22,902 bases of DNA from an uncultured virus (IMG/VR IMGVR_UViG_3300033170_000462) (lineage: Duplodnaviria > Heunggongvirae > Uroviricota > Caudoviricetes), in the IMG/VR virus record IMGVR_UViG_3300033170_000462. One strand, 5' to 3'. A model generated the notes under the pieces. That model ran no database searches and was not told where the DNA came from. It saw only the letters and a program-made list of their open reading frames with translations. Numbering within the stretch: position 1 is the stretch's first letter; each line of letters opens with the position of its first letter. The translations under genes were made by a program, and so were the position numbers. This document shows positions 1-9,239 of the stretch, piece by piece.

Positions 1-353
1 AACACCAGAATGTCCGGATGCTCGGCGGCGGTCTGTCCCAGGGTTTCCATCATCGGCGCGTAAATGCCGAACTGATCGTCATCGATATGATCGCGATCCA
101 CGCCGACGGTGTTCTCGAAGGATTTGTTTTTGATGTTGTAGTCATGCTGCTTGAGGTTGTTGATCTGCCGATCGCCGATCCATTCGCGCATGCCGGGAAT
201 CTTGCCCAGCCAGCCGTAATCCTCGCTGGCCGTGCTCGAAGGCACCAGGGTGGCCACCTTGCCCCAGAGCGGCGCCACGCCGGCAAAGCCGCGCTGGAAG
301 CTGGCCTTGAAGCCCCGGGTCAGATGATCGAGGTTGCTGCGGTTGATGATCAT
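1..353 (-). CDS. Mu-like major capsid protein gpT (N-terminal part, runs off window)
   Basis: Not in ORF track; translated by hand from ATG 353: MIINRSNLDHLTRGFKASFQRGF...VPSSTASEDYGWLGKIPGMREWIGDRQINNL...KNKSFENTVGVDRDHIDDDQFGIYAP, typical of Mu gpT. GGAG RBS upstream. Confidence 0.92.
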   Translation of the reverse strand, partial: MIINRSNLDHLTRGFKASFQRGFAGVAPLWGKVATLVPSSTASEDYGWLGKIPGMREWIGDRQINNLKQHDYNIKNKSFENTVGVDRDHIDDDQFGIYAPMMETLGQTAAEHPDILV

Positions 354-388
354 GGTCAAAGCTCCATTCAATAAGGGTTAAGGGCCGA

Positions 389-799
389 TTAACGCAGATC
401 GACCCAGACGCCCAAAGCGTCCACGTCGAACACCTTGCCGGCCACCGAGCGGGTGCCGGTGCCGTCGGTTTTGGCGACGGTCTGATCGTCCACCATGTAG
501 CAGTCCTGACCGATGTCGGCGCGGCCCAGGGCGTCGGCGTCGGCCGAATTGCCAAAGCGGAAGATGCCGCGTTCGATGGGCACCTGGACGGCATCATTGC
601 CGCCGGCGCTGTTGTCGACGGTTTCCCGGCAGCGGCCGACACCGCGCAGGCCGACGGCCGTGGCGCCCGGAGTGGCCCGGCCGGCGGCATCCCGGGCCAC
701 CAGGGCGCCGGCGAAATAGGTCTTGGCGGCCGCCGACGGCAGGCTCAGCCTGTCGCCCGTGCGGCGGGGGGTATCGCGTTCCGTGGTCAATGCGGACAT
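389..799 (-). CDS. putative capsid decoration/cement protein (DUF2190-like)
   Basis: 136 aa, small-residue rich, motif ADIGQDCYMVDDQTVAKT...AGKV..VD..GVWV; lies between protease and capsid genes. Confidence 0.75.
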   Translation of the reverse strand: MSALTTERDTPRRTGDRLSLPSAAAKTYFAGALVARDAAGRATPGATAVGLRGVGRCRETVDNSAGGNDAVQVPIERGIFRFGNSADADALGRADIGQDCYMVDDQTVAKTDGTGTRSVAGKVFDVDALGVWVDLR

Positions 800-838
800 A
801 CGGCAACTCCTTGCTCAAAAGGGTGAAAAAACGATGAC

Positions 839-862
839 TTCAGTCTTCAGCCTGCAGCCTGC
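839..862 (+). repeat. heptamer tandem repeat (TTCAGYC)n
   Basis: ttcagtc ttcagcc tgcagcc, overlapping the gpI stop codon. Confidence 0.7.
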
Positions 863-1344
863 TTCAAGTATTCCTCTTCGGTCAGGCCCAACGCCGCCAC
901 CACTTTCCGTTCCTCGGCGTTCAGGGCTTGGGCGGATCCGGCGGGCGTTTTGCCATCCAGCCCGGAAGGATCGCCCACCACCGGCGCGGCCTGGACAAAC
1001 TGCTTGAACTGCTCCAGTCCGCCCGCTTGACGGCACATGGCCACGTAGAAATCCTTGGTGGCCGGGACGATCTTGCCGGACTGCAGGGCCGCATCGACTT
1101 CGCGGTTGATGGCCGTCTCCAGTTCGGCATCGGTCTTCTGTTTGAGCTGCTGCTCGGCGTTGCCCGCCCGCGCCAGGGCGGCATCGTAATCCGCCCGCGG
1201 CACGAACTTGTCGAGGCTGGGGGTTTGCGCCCGGTTCAGGGCCGTTTGCACATCGCTCTGCAGGGTGCCGATGGCATTGAGGGCTTCAACGAGGGTGGCC
1301 GTCTCGGGCAGGCCGAGCTTGGCCAGCAGTTCCTTGGGCAGCAT
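847..1344 (-). CDS. nested in-frame scaffold protein Z (internal start in gene I)
   Basis: AAGGAG RBS upstream of in-frame ATG (MLPKELLAKLGL...) immediately after the protease domain; Mu I/Z precedent. Confidence 0.65.
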   Translation of the reverse strand: MLPKELLAKLGLPETATLVEALNAIGTLQSDVQTALNRAQTPSLDKFVPRADYDAALARAGNAEQQLKQKTDAELETAINREVDAALQSGKIVPATKDFYVAMCRQAGGLEQFKQFVQAAPVVGDPSGLDGKTPAGSAQALNAEERKVVAALGLTEEEYLKQAAG

Positions 1345-1872
1345 CGCAATCTCCTTCTGTTGATGGTTGAGAGCCAGAACGTCGAGGTTCGGCTTGTTGG
1401 TCAGCCCCACCGAGGCGACCCCGTGAATGACCAGGGTCCGCGGATCGTAGAGCAGCACCGGCGAGTAGTAGCGGTATTCCCGGTTGCGCACCAGCTCCGC
1501 GCCCTTGGGGGTCCAGTCCACCCGGCCCCACACCGCGCCGCCGTCGCGCACTTCCAGGCCCTTGATCCAGGCCGCCGCCGGGGCCGGATCGCCCTGGGGC
1601 GCCTTGAGTTCCGTGGCGTGTTCGATGTCGATGGGCACGTCAAGTCCGCGGGCGGCGAAATAATCGACCACGCCCTGCGGGTCGGGGTTGCGCCAGGCCC
1701 GGCCGTCGCGGCCCCGCACCGTCTCCCCGGCGGGTATCAGGGGCAGCTCGGCCGGCGGCGCCTCGGCCGCCGCCAGCTCGAAATTCAGGGCCGCGCGGCA
1801 GGCGTTTTGCGGGAATGGGGCGCTGTGATGCGCGCCGGCGGTCTGTATGGCGGTTTTGACTTCACGGCTCAT
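847..1872 (-). CDS. Mu-like prohead protease I
   Basis: Motifs GRDGRAW, PIDIEH, APAAAWI, WGRVDWT, EYRYYSPV, GLTNKPNL. Start placed at ATG 1872 (uncertain). Confidence 0.9.
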   Translation of the reverse strand: MSREVKTAIQTAGAHHSAPFPQNACRAALNFELAAAEAPPAELPLIPAGETVRGRDGRAWRNPDPQGVVDYFAARGLDVPIDIEHATELKAPQGDPAPAAAWIKGLEVRDGGAVWGRVDWTPKGAELVRNREYRYYSPVLLYDPRTLVIHGVASVGLTNKPNLDVLALNHQQKEIAMLPKELLAKLGLPETATLVEALNAIGTLQSDVQTALNRAQTPSLDKFVPRADYDAALARAGNAEQQLKQKTDAELETAINREVDAALQSGKIVPATKDFYVAMCRQAGGLEQFKQFVQAAPVVGDPSGLDGKTPAGSAQALNAEERKVVAALGLTEEEYLKQAAG

Positions 1873-1978
1873 GATCGGAACCCCCTTTAAACCCTCTTTA
1901 AATTTTTGCGTGTTGCGACTTTTTTCCAAACCTGGCCCGTTGCCCGTCTCGCCGCCGGCAGCGGCTCACAGGGCAAAT

Positions 1979-2473
1979 TCAGCCGCCGGTCACATGCCGC
2001 AACAACGCGCGGTGAATTTTCGGCCAGTCCTCGGCGGCCACCAGCAGAAAGGGCCGTGCCGGGATGGTGCAGCCCGGGTGCCGCACCTGTTTCACCGGAT
2101 GGGCCGCGCCGGGCCAGAACAGGGCCCGGCCCGCCCGGGGCCGAATGACGTGCGGCCCGATCTTGGCGCCGAAGTGCAGCGGTGCGGCGTAGGCGACGTT
2201 GGTGCCCACCGCCACCTGGTGCGCGCCGGTCTGGACGCTGAAGCTGCGTCGCAGGCGGCCGGTGTCGCTCAGGGTCTGGCCGCCTTCGCGGCGCACCCGG
2301 GCCGAGGGGCTCCATGTGTGCGGCCGGCCGCCGGCGGCGAAGGTGCGCTCGATGCCGGTGCGGGCGATTTCGCCGATCTCCGAGAGCACCGGCTGCAGGG
2401 CGTGGCCGCGGCGCTGAATCTGATCCAGCAGCCCTTGGGCGCGGGCATCGTCGGCGGCGATGTGAAACTGCAT
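1979..2473 (-). CDS. phage virion morphogenesis protein (Mu gpG-like)
   Basis: Motifs TLSDTGRLRRS, VAVGTNVAYAA.LHFG, IPARPFL; GGAGG RBS before ATG 2473. Confidence 0.88.
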   Translation of the reverse strand: MQFHIAADDARAQGLLDQIQRRGHALQPVLSEIGEIARTGIERTFAAGGRPHTWSPSARVRREGGQTLSDTGRLRRSFSVQTGAHQVAVGTNVAYAAPLHFGAKIGPHVIRPRAGRALFWPGAAHPVKQVRHPGCTIPARPFLLVAAEDWPKIHRALLRHVTGG

Positions 2474-2582
2474 TGCGCCTCCTCCATGACGGTGGTACAG
2501 TGCGGGTGAAGGGAACACGAACGTCAAGGGGGGCCACCCCGCCTACCGGGCGTTCGCGGACCGTGGCCGTGAGCCGGCCCGG

Positions 2583-3827
2583 TCAACGTCCCTTCGTCAG
2601 CAGCAGACCCAACCTTTGCGCCTCGAGATAGCGCAGGTCGGGTTTTTCTTTGCGCAGCGGGGTAAAAGCCGTCACCCCCTGGAATACGCCGTCCGCTACC
2701 TCGAAGACCGCCAGCCCGCCGAGACGTTGCTTGTCCGGCGTTTTCCACAGGCCGATGTATCGCCGGGTCAGCCGAATCTGGCCGGCGGCGTTTTTTTGCG
2801 GCGTCAGCCAGATTTCAAAAGGCCGTTCGATCATCTCGGCCAGCAGCGGGATGATCTCGCCGTGGCCGCCCTTGGCGAACTTCCAGGACCCGGTCTGCTT
2901 GTCGGCCATGAAACTCCGCAGCGTCAGCACCACCGACTCGCCGGCCGCATCGGTCAACACCTTTTCCGGGCCGTACAGCTCCAGAAACCGTTGGCGGTAG
3001 AAGGCGTCCGGCCGCCCGGCCGGCAGCAGCCGCGCCGCGTCCAAATCCGGCATATCCGCCGGCCGCACCCCGGTCAGCTTCGGCCGCCGGTAGTCGGCCG
3101 GACCTTTAAGCCCCGGCAGGGTCCGCCAGATGCCGGAGCTCTCCGCGGACTCGCCCAGTCCGCCCCAGACAACCTTGCCGGGGTGGTGGGCAAAACCCGG
3201 ATCCGGCATCATCAGACGCGCCGGCAGCTTGCGGCCGCTGAGCGGATCCATCGGCTCGACCAGGCGGCCCGTCGGGTCGCGCTCCTCGACGCTCAGGCCC
3301 TGCTCGTGCAGTTCCGCTTCGCTGAGGGTCACCACCCCGCAGCGGCAGCGAAAGCCGTTGGGCGGGTACCAGGTATCCCAGAAGGGATCGTCATGCCGGA
3401 ACACCTTGCCGTCCATGGCGGCATGGGTCGGCCGGGTGCGGCTGTCGTTGACGGCGCTGTACTGCCAAAAGGGCCGTTCGGCGGCGACCCGTTGCATCTG
3501 CCGGTAACGGCCGACGCCGTAGGCGGTCTGGATGTTGGTGCGAAAGATGTTGTCCACCCGCCAGGCGCGCGGCCCGGTCCAGCCGCGCCGGCCCAGAATC
3601 TCGGCCAGATCCGCCTTGAAATCCGCGAACGAGGTGCCCGCGTCGATGGCCCGTTGCAAGGCGCTGAACACCGTGTCCAGCTCGGCCCCCTTGGCCATGC
3701 CCGAAACGGCGAAGGCCCGCACCTTGGCCTCGGCGGACAGCCGCGCGAACTCGCCCGGGCCGAGCCGGACCTTGCCGCGCCAGAAGGCTTGCGCCTCCTC
3801 CATGGGCAGGGGCGTCAGGTCGATCAT
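2583..3827 (-). CDS. MuF minor head protein with C-terminal extension (PBECR2-like nuclease fold)
   Basis: MuF motifs IFRTNIQTAY..GR, YSAVNDSRTRPTH, DDPFW..WYPPNGFRCRC; C-terminus LLAEMIERPFEIW...RRYI resembles PBECR2. Confidence 0.85.
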   Translation of the reverse strand: MIDLTPLPMEEAQAFWRGKVRLGPGEFARLSAEAKVRAFAVSGMAKGAELDTVFSALQRAIDAGTSFADFKADLAEILGRRGWTGPRAWRVDNIFRTNIQTAYGVGRYRQMQRVAAERPFWQYSAVNDSRTRPTHAAMDGKVFRHDDPFWDTWYPPNGFRCRCGVVTLSEAELHEQGLSVEERDPTGRLVEPMDPLSGRKLPARLMMPDPGFAHHPGKVVWGGLGESAESSGIWRTLPGLKGPADYRRPKLTGVRPADMPDLDAARLLPAGRPDAFYRQRFLELYGPEKVLTDAAGESVVLTLRSFMADKQTGSWKFAKGGHGEIIPLLAEMIERPFEIWLTPQKNAAGQIRLTRRYIGLWKTPDKQRLGGLAVFEVADGVFQGVTAFTPLRKEKPDLRYLEAQRLGLLLTKGR

Positions 3828-5383
3828 CGTCCCTCCGTGGCGGCGGCCCAGCGGCCGAACAGCTCGGCGTTCACCAGGGCGCGCTCCAGCAGCTCCTGCA
3901 GATCCTCCGTCCGCAGTCGCGGGTAGAGATCCAGCAGATTCGCCAGGGCCTCGTCATAACTCTCGGCCGCCAGCAGGGTCTGGCGAATCAGCGCCTCGTT
4001 GCCGGTCACATCCGCCGTCGCGTCCGCCACGCGGTCGGCCAGTTCCTCCAGAGCCTGCTGCTCCGGGGTAAAGGACGGCCGCTGCCGGTTCAGGGCGCGG
4101 TTCAGACCCGCAGGCCCGGCCGCCGCGGCCGAAGGCGGCGCCAGCAGATCCTCCGGCTTGGCCCGGGCATCGGGATCGGGCAGGTTCAGGCGGTCGCGCA
4201 CCACGCTCTGTTCCACCTTCAGGCCCATGGGCACCAGCTTTTCCAGGGCGGTGACCAAGGCGACGGTGTCCTCGGCCTGGGCCGCCCGCAGCTGCACGGC
4301 GGGGTAGTTTTCCTGCGGGCCGTGGTTCAGATCGATGTAGGCCTTGACCAGGTCGCGGCCCAGGGTTTCCTCCAGCTGCTCGGCGTCATCGTCGCGGATA
4401 TCGTCGCGCACCTCGGCCTGCAGCTGCTCGTTGCCGAGCTTGCCCGGAGTGCCGCTGCTGGAGGCGGTCTGGCCCAGGATGCCCTTGCTGACCTGCTCGT
4501 CCAGATAGCCGGCCAACAGCTTGAAGAACTCGGCGCTGCCGCCCTTGGCGGCCACCTCCACCAGCTCGACCATCATCGAATCGGGGAACACCGCCGCCGC
4601 GTCCGAACCGAGATTGGCCACGGCCGTTTTGAGCACCGCGATATCGGCGTCGCTGGCCCCGGCCTGGTACTTGCCCAGGCGCAGCGGCATGCCGAACACC
4701 TCGGCGAAGGCCAGCCAGTCCTTGACGCAAAAGCCCTTGCACAGGTAGGCCCAGGCCGCCAGCCGGGCCAAACCGCCGCGAATCGGAATGCCGGTCTTGA
4801 TGCGCGGTACATGGCAGATGAAGCCGAAGGGCGCCAGGGGCAACCCGTTCAGCAGATCGGCTTCATCGCGCAGGCGGATTTCACTGCGCGCCACCCGATC
4901 GAACTGGAAAAAGCGCGGGTCGCGGTGCTTGTAGGCGACCGGCCGCCACTTCGCTCCGGAGCGGTCCCAGACGATCTCCACCACCGAAAAGCCCTTGCCC
5001 AACGCGTCCAGCAGATCCTTGACCAGGCCGCGAAAGCCCGGCCGGCGCACCAGGGCGCGCACGTCGTCGGCCAGCTGCACGTCCCGGGCGCTGTCGCTAT
5101 AGGCCTCGACGCTGATCGGCAGGCGTGAAACGGCGAGCTTGCGCTTGCCGAGCTCGGCGGCGTAGTGCAGATCCCGCTCCTCCATCTCCTCGGCGAGCAC
5201 CAGGTACTCGTCATGATCGCCGGCCGCGGCGGCCTGCAGCAGGGCGGCCAGGCGCCGGGGAGTCAGCCCGCCGGCCACGGACTGATCCCAGATGCTGCGC
5301 ACCCCGGCCATCACCGGCGCGGCTTTTTCGCGGGTCAGCTCCTGCAGTCGCACCGGGCGGCCGTAGGCGTCCAGAAGAGCCAT
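3824..5383 (-). CDS. portal protein (DUF935, Mu gp29-like)
   Basis: Start MALLDAYG at ATG 5383 overlapping terminase stop (TAATG); motifs EEMEERD.H, KDW..FAEVFGMPLRLGKY, SKGILGQT. Confidence 0.92.
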   Translation of the reverse strand: MALLDAYGRPVRLQELTREKAAPVMAGVRSIWDQSVAGGLTPRRLAALLQAAAAGDHDEYLVLAEEMEERDLHYAAELGKRKLAVSRLPISVEAYSDSARDVQLADDVRALVRRPGFRGLVKDLLDALGKGFSVVEIVWDRSGAKWRPVAYKHRDPRFFQFDRVARSEIRLRDEADLLNGLPLAPFGFICHVPRIKTGIPIRGGLARLAAWAYLCKGFCVKDWLAFAEVFGMPLRLGKYQAGASDADIAVLKTAVANLGSDAAAVFPDSMMVELVEVAAKGGSAEFFKLLAGYLDEQVSKGILGQTASSSGTPGKLGNEQLQAEVRDDIRDDDAEQLEETLGRDLVKAYIDLNHGPQENYPAVQLRAAQAEDTVALVTALEKLVPMGLKVEQSVVRDRLNLPDPDARAKPEDLLAPPSAAAAGPAGLNRALNRQRPSFTPEQQALEELADRVADATADVTGNEALIRQTLLAAESYDEALANLLDLYPRLRTEDLQELLERALVNAELFGRWAAATEGR

Positions 5384-6888
5384 TACCAGAGTCCTTTCCC
5401 CAGGCCCAGCCCGGCGGTGGCGCGCACCCGGCGGGGCAGTTCGTCCTGCTTGCGCACCGGGTGATAGGCGTATTCCACGGCATCCATGGAGCTGGCGTAA
5501 TAGGCCAGGGCGATGGCGATGGCGGCGTCGCCGTGGCGGTTTTTGCCGGCGCCGGTCTTCCCCTCCGGCAGGCGGGGAATGCCCTTGATCACCTGGATGG
5601 CGCGTAAGTCGTCGAGCACATCGCGATCGCGCGGCACGCTCATCAGGTCGTCCTCCAAGGCGGCTTTGAGCTTGGGCATGTTCTCCAGGTACCAGGACTG
5701 GGAAAACATGACGCACTCGATACGGCCGGCCCCGTAACGGTACGCGGTCTGCTCGGCCAGGTACTGACCGTTGCCGCGAGCATCCAGGGCCCCGGCCTGC
5801 AGCCGCGGCAGGCGGTCGACGATGAAATTCAGCATTTGCTCCTGCTGCTTGAAGGGGACATTGCGCAGCTCGACCAAAAAAGGGACGCGCCGGCGCAGGT
5901 CCTGCCCGATGGCGATGGGCGCGAACACGGTCAAATCGCCTGTGCGGCCGAAGTCCTCACCGAAGGCGTGGCGCTCCTTCGGGTCGAGCTTTGCCAGCAG
6001 GGGCTTGAGATGCTCCTCGCACCAGTCGCGCATCTCCGCTTCGCGCAGGGGCTCGGGCCAGCCGTTGAACTCGGCCGAACCCTCGAAGCGCAAAACCGGC
6101 GCCTCGACCATGCGTGATTCGATGAGGGCGCGGGAGAGATAGGCCCCGCCGCCGCTTTTGGGCACGCAGTAATATTCCTCCAGGGCGTCTTCCTGGGTGG
6201 CGGTGTCGCGCAGCAGATTTTCCTTCCACTGGTCCTCGGCCGCCTGGCTCCAGGGCATGCCGCGCACCTGGCAGATGCGCTGATACAGACCGTCGGCGCA
6301 GGCGTCCTCCAGGGTGATGCGGTGGACGCTGTAGCGCTTCTTGCCGGCGCGGCTGTCCTGGATGATCTCGTTGAACAGGTTCTCCACCCCGTTGTGGGTG
6401 CTGATCAATCGCACCTTGGCGCCCCACATGGTGAGGGCCAGGGCGGCCTTCAGCACTTCCGCCAACTGCTCGTGGAAGGCGGCCTCGTCGATGGTGACGT
6501 TGCCCTGCCGGCCGCGCATGTTCGAGGGGCGGGAGGAAAGGGCCTGAATCTTGAAGCAGCTGGTAAAGCGGATGGTATAGGTGAGGATGTCCTTGTCCTC
6601 GTCCTGGAGGATCTCCTCTTCGATCTCGCCGGCCGCCTTGTTGAAAACCTTGGCCCACATGGCGCAGGCTTCGATGAATTCAAGGGCCATCTCCTTGTTG
6701 GAGCCGACGTAGAAATGATTGCTGCCGCCGGCCGCCTTGGCGGCGCCGGCCGTCAGCACGGCGTCGGCCGCTTCCGCCCAAGTGAGCCCGGTGCGGCGGC
6801 TCTTCTCGGCGATCTTGAGCTGCGCCTCGTCGGCGACCCAGCGCTTCTGATACGGCAGCAGTACGGATGCGGGCAGCTCAGTGGTCAT
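5383..6888 (-). CDS. terminase large subunit (Mu gp28-like)
   Basis: LLPYQ..W, EKSRRTGLTW, Walker B VTIDEAAF, ISTHNG, nuclease motifs GEDFGR.GD and HGDAAIA. Confidence 0.95.
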   Translation of the reverse strand: MTTELPASVLLPYQKRWVADEAQLKIAEKSRRTGLTWAEAADAVLTAGAAKAAGGSNHFYVGSNKEMALEFIEACAMWAKVFNKAAGEIEEEILQDEDKDILTYTIRFTSCFKIQALSSRPSNMRGRQGNVTIDEAAFHEQLAEVLKAALALTMWGAKVRLISTHNGVENLFNEIIQDSRAGKKRYSVHRITLEDACADGLYQRICQVRGMPWSQAAEDQWKENLLRDTATQEDALEEYYCVPKSGGGAYLSRALIESRMVEAPVLRFEGSAEFNGWPEPLREAEMRDWCEEHLKPLLAKLDPKERHAFGEDFGRTGDLTVFAPIAIGQDLRRRVPFLVELRNVPFKQQEQMLNFIVDRLPRLQAGALDARGNGQYLAEQTAYRYGAGRIECVMFSQSWYLENMPKLKAALEDDLMSVPRDRDVLDDLRAIQVIKGIPRLPEGKTGAGKNRHGDAAIAIALAYYASSMDAVEYAYHPVRKQDELPRRVRATAGLGLGKGLW

Positions 6889-7493
6889 GCGATCCCCAGA
6901 ATTTCGCGTTTGATGGTGTCGATGGACTCGCGGCTCAATCCTTGGCCGGCAAGGGTTTTCTCGGCCACGTCGGCGGCGGCTTCGGCGGCCTGCGTCCGGA
7001 TCTCCTTCTCCCGCTCCACGTTCAGATTCGCGGCCTTCTCCAGGCGCATGCTCGTCAGTGCCAAATCCTTCAACATGCCCACCACGGCCGGGGCGCTCTC
7101 CTTGTCCAGGCTGTCCTGCTGCATGAACAGCGTCACGTCGAAGGAGAGGGTGCGCAAAATCTCGTTGATCAGGTTGCCCACCTGGCCCTGGGGCGCGGCG
7201 CCCAGCTTGTTGATCCAGCGATCCGCCACCTCGCGCGACTGCCGCAGCCGCTCGCCGACCTCGCGCATCTGCAGGTCGTAACGGTTGACCGCCGATTTGC
7301 TGACCCGTTCCGGGCAGGCCGGATGGAGCACCTCGGGGTCGCCCTGGGCGCGCAGCTCGGCGAGGATGGCGTTGACCTGCTCCACCGCCTGCAGCTGGGT
7401 GATGCGCGGATTGTCCAGCATGGCCTGCAGCTGCCGGCGGACGCCGGGCGGCAGCAGATCGACGCTGGAGGGCTGACGCTTTTTGCGGGCCAT
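6885..7493 (-). CDS. DUF3486 family, putative terminase small subunit (Mu gp27-like)
   Basis: SSVDLLP, SKSAVNRY, C-terminal GLS...IKREILGIA; directly upstream of large terminase. Confidence 0.88.
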   Translation of the reverse strand: MARKKRQPSSVDLLPPGVRRQLQAMLDNPRITQLQAVEQVNAILAELRAQGDPEVLHPACPERVSKSAVNRYDLQMREVGERLRQSREVADRWINKLGAAPQGQVGNLINEILRTLSFDVTLFMQQDSLDKESAPAVVGMLKDLALTSMRLEKAANLNVEREKEIRTQAAEAAADVAEKTLAGQGLSRESIDTIKREILGIA

Positions 7494-7495
7494 GG

Positions 7496-7792
7496 CTAGT
7501 CCCTCGGCCGCGGACGCTTGACGCCCGGCACCGTCACCCGTCCGGCCGCGACATCGCCGCCCCGGCCGGTGAGGGTGGCCACCAGGTAGCCGGCGGCATC
7601 GCGCAGGGTGACCAGCCCCTGTTCGGCCAGCCAGCTCAGCTCGGTACGGATGCGATCGCGGCTGATGCCGTGGCCGAAGACCTCCAGCACCGACTGCAGC
7701 ACCGATTCGTTGTGGCTGTAGCCCGTGTCCTCGGCCAGGGCGCGCAGCATCACCAGGCGGATATCGGCGGTGACGACCTCGGCGAAACTCAT
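7496..7792 (-). CDS. Mu gp26-like winged-helix protein
   Basis: RLVMLRAL..GYS.NESVL, ELSWLAEQGLV, DVAAGR..VPGVKRPRP; gene position. Confidence 0.85.
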   Translation of the reverse strand: MSFAEVVTADIRLVMLRALAEDTGYSHNESVLQSVLEVFGHGISRDRIRTELSWLAEQGLVTLRDAAGYLVATLTGRGGDVAAGRVTVPGVKRPRPRD

Positions 7793-8187
7793 TTATCCCT
7801 CCTGAGCAGTTCTTCCAAAACCAGATCCAGCTGGCGGCGCGAGCCCTTCATCTCGCCGCCCAAATCCTTGACCAGCCCGAATACCTCATCGATGCGGGCG
7901 TGCAGTCGGCCGATGTCGGCCTGGCTGGGCAGATGCTTGATTTCCCCTTCGATACGGCGCAGGTCCTGTTCGCTCTGGTTGGTGCGGCGGGTATGGGCCT
8001 CGCAGACCTTTTTCTGCTCCTCTTCCAGCATCTGGTGGGCCTGGGTCGAGAGCCGCTCGGCGACCTGTTTCTCCAAGCTCGTGAAGCGCTTGGCGGTGAC
8101 CTTTTCGCGGTTGCCCCACCAGGTGTAAATCATCACCACGACCAGCAACACGTCGCGAAAAATGCCGTAGGCCAGCTTCCAATCCAT
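7789..8187 (-). CDS. DUF2730-like protein (Mu gp25-like), N-terminal TM plus coiled coil
   Basis: Start MDWKLAY (TAATG overlap); hydrophobic N-terminus; RIEGEIKHLPS..D motif. Confidence 0.75.
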   Translation of the reverse strand: MDWKLAYGIFRDVLLVVVMIYTWWGNREKVTAKRFTSLEKQVAERLSTQAHQMLEEEQKKVCEAHTRRTNQSEQDLRRIEGEIKHLPSQADIGRLHARIDEVFGLVKDLGGEMKGSRRQLDLVLEELLRRDK

Positions 8188-8405
8188 TAGCGTCTCCGGG
8201 TGGCCCGCTCCAGGGCGCGTTGGCAATCGATGCACAGCCGGCAGCCGGGCACCGCCAGCCGCCGTTGTTCGGGGATGGGCTCCCCACACTCATCGCACTC
8301 GGTACGGCTCGGGCCGTGGTTTTGCCGCCGGCGCCAGTCGCGCAGGGCATCGGCCTGCAGCGCCTCGTTGATGGCCTGGGCGCGGTCCAGATCGTCCGCC
8401 ATCAA
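8187..8405 (-). CDS. TraR/DksA C4-type zinc finger protein
   Basis: MADDLDRAQ...CDECGEPIPEQRRLAVPGCRLCIDCQ. Confidence 0.92.
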   Translation of the reverse strand: MMADDLDRAQAINEALQADALRDWRRRQNHGPSRTECDECGEPIPEQRRLAVPGCRLCIDCQRALERATRRR

Positions 8406-8590
8406 CGCCCCTCGCAGCGTTCCAGCTGCTCCTGCAGCCAGCGTTCGGTGCGGTAGCGGTCCTGCAGCCAGGCCGGCGTCACCTCATAGTTGCCGTTCGG
8501 CAGGGCCTGCACCGTCCGGTCCGCCGGCAGCACCGTCAACACCTCCCGGCGGGCGCAGGCGCTCGAACAGAGCAGACACAGCAGCAGCAT
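8402..8590 (-). CDS. small predicted lipoprotein, putative o-spanin-like
   Basis: MLLLCLLCSSAC lipobox-like signal; overlaps the 3' half of the upstream gene in another frame; stop overlaps the TraR start. Start uncertain. Confidence 0.5.
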   Translation of the reverse strand: MLLLCLLCSSACARREVLTVLPADRTVQALPNGNYEVTPAWLQDRYRTERWLQEQLERCEGR

Positions 8591-8723
8591 CGTGACGGGC
8601 CAGGGCCTGGTCCATGGCGTTGCAATCGGTTTGGTAGCGCGTTTCACGTTGTCTCCATTCCTCGACCAGGGCCACCACCACCGGTAGCAGCCCGGCCAGG
8701 ATGTGCAGGATCAGGGTCGTCAC
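8484..8723 (-). CDS. small membrane-anchored protein, putative i-spanin-like
   Basis: N-terminal TM (TTLILHILAGLLPVVVALV) then helical region; start overlaps the upstream stop; in lysis cassette. Confidence 0.55.
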   Translation of the reverse strand: MTTLILHILAGLLPVVVALVEEWRQRETRYQTDCNAMDQALARHDAAAVSALFERLRPPGGVDGAAGGPDGAGPAERQL

Positions 8724-9196
8724 CGCAGGGCCGCGTCACCGGTGGCCCCGGCGCCCGAAACCCGCGCCAGCAGGGCTTCCACCCAGTCCCGGGCCGTCTC
8801 CAGCTCGATGCCCGGCACCGCCTTGAGCACCTGCGCCACGGCCAGGTTGAGCTTTTCGCTGGAGCTGATCTTGACGTTGGCGGCCTTCAGCTTGTTGGCG
8901 GCGTACTCCTCGGCGTAGCAGATTCCCTTGTAGGCCGCCTTCTCGATGAGCTCCTGGTTGCGCATCAGAAAATCCAGCTTCCACTTGGCGGCCAGCTTGG
9001 CCATGGCCCAGCTCAGCAGCGCCAGCAGCAGCGCGCCCAACAGCGGCGTCACGGTCTGGGTCAATAGCGCGGCCAGGGGTTCGCCCAGACCGGCGGTTTC
9101 GGCCAGGGCCAGACTCGGCAGCAGCAGGGTCAGCAACAGCAGGCCTGTCAGCAGAGCAAAGCTTTTACGTGCGGATCCAACAAGTTGCGAAAGCAT
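8720..9196 (-). CDS. putative holin-like membrane protein
   Basis: GGAGG RBS, start MLSQLVG; two hydrophobic segments then ...YAEE...SEKLNLAV, reminiscent of LL-H-type holins; next to endolysin. Confidence 0.6.
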   Translation of the reverse strand: MLSQLVGSARKSFALLTGLLLLTLLLPSLALAETAGLGEPLAALLTQTVTPLLGALLLALLSWAMAKLAAKWKLDFLMRNQELIEKAAYKGICYAEEYAANKLKAANVKISSSEKLNLAVAQVLKAVPGIELETARDWVEALLARVSGAGATGDAALR

Positions 9197-9239
9197 GGGA
9201 CCTCCATCGGTTGGCAGTTGGAAACAGGCCTTCAGCCTG

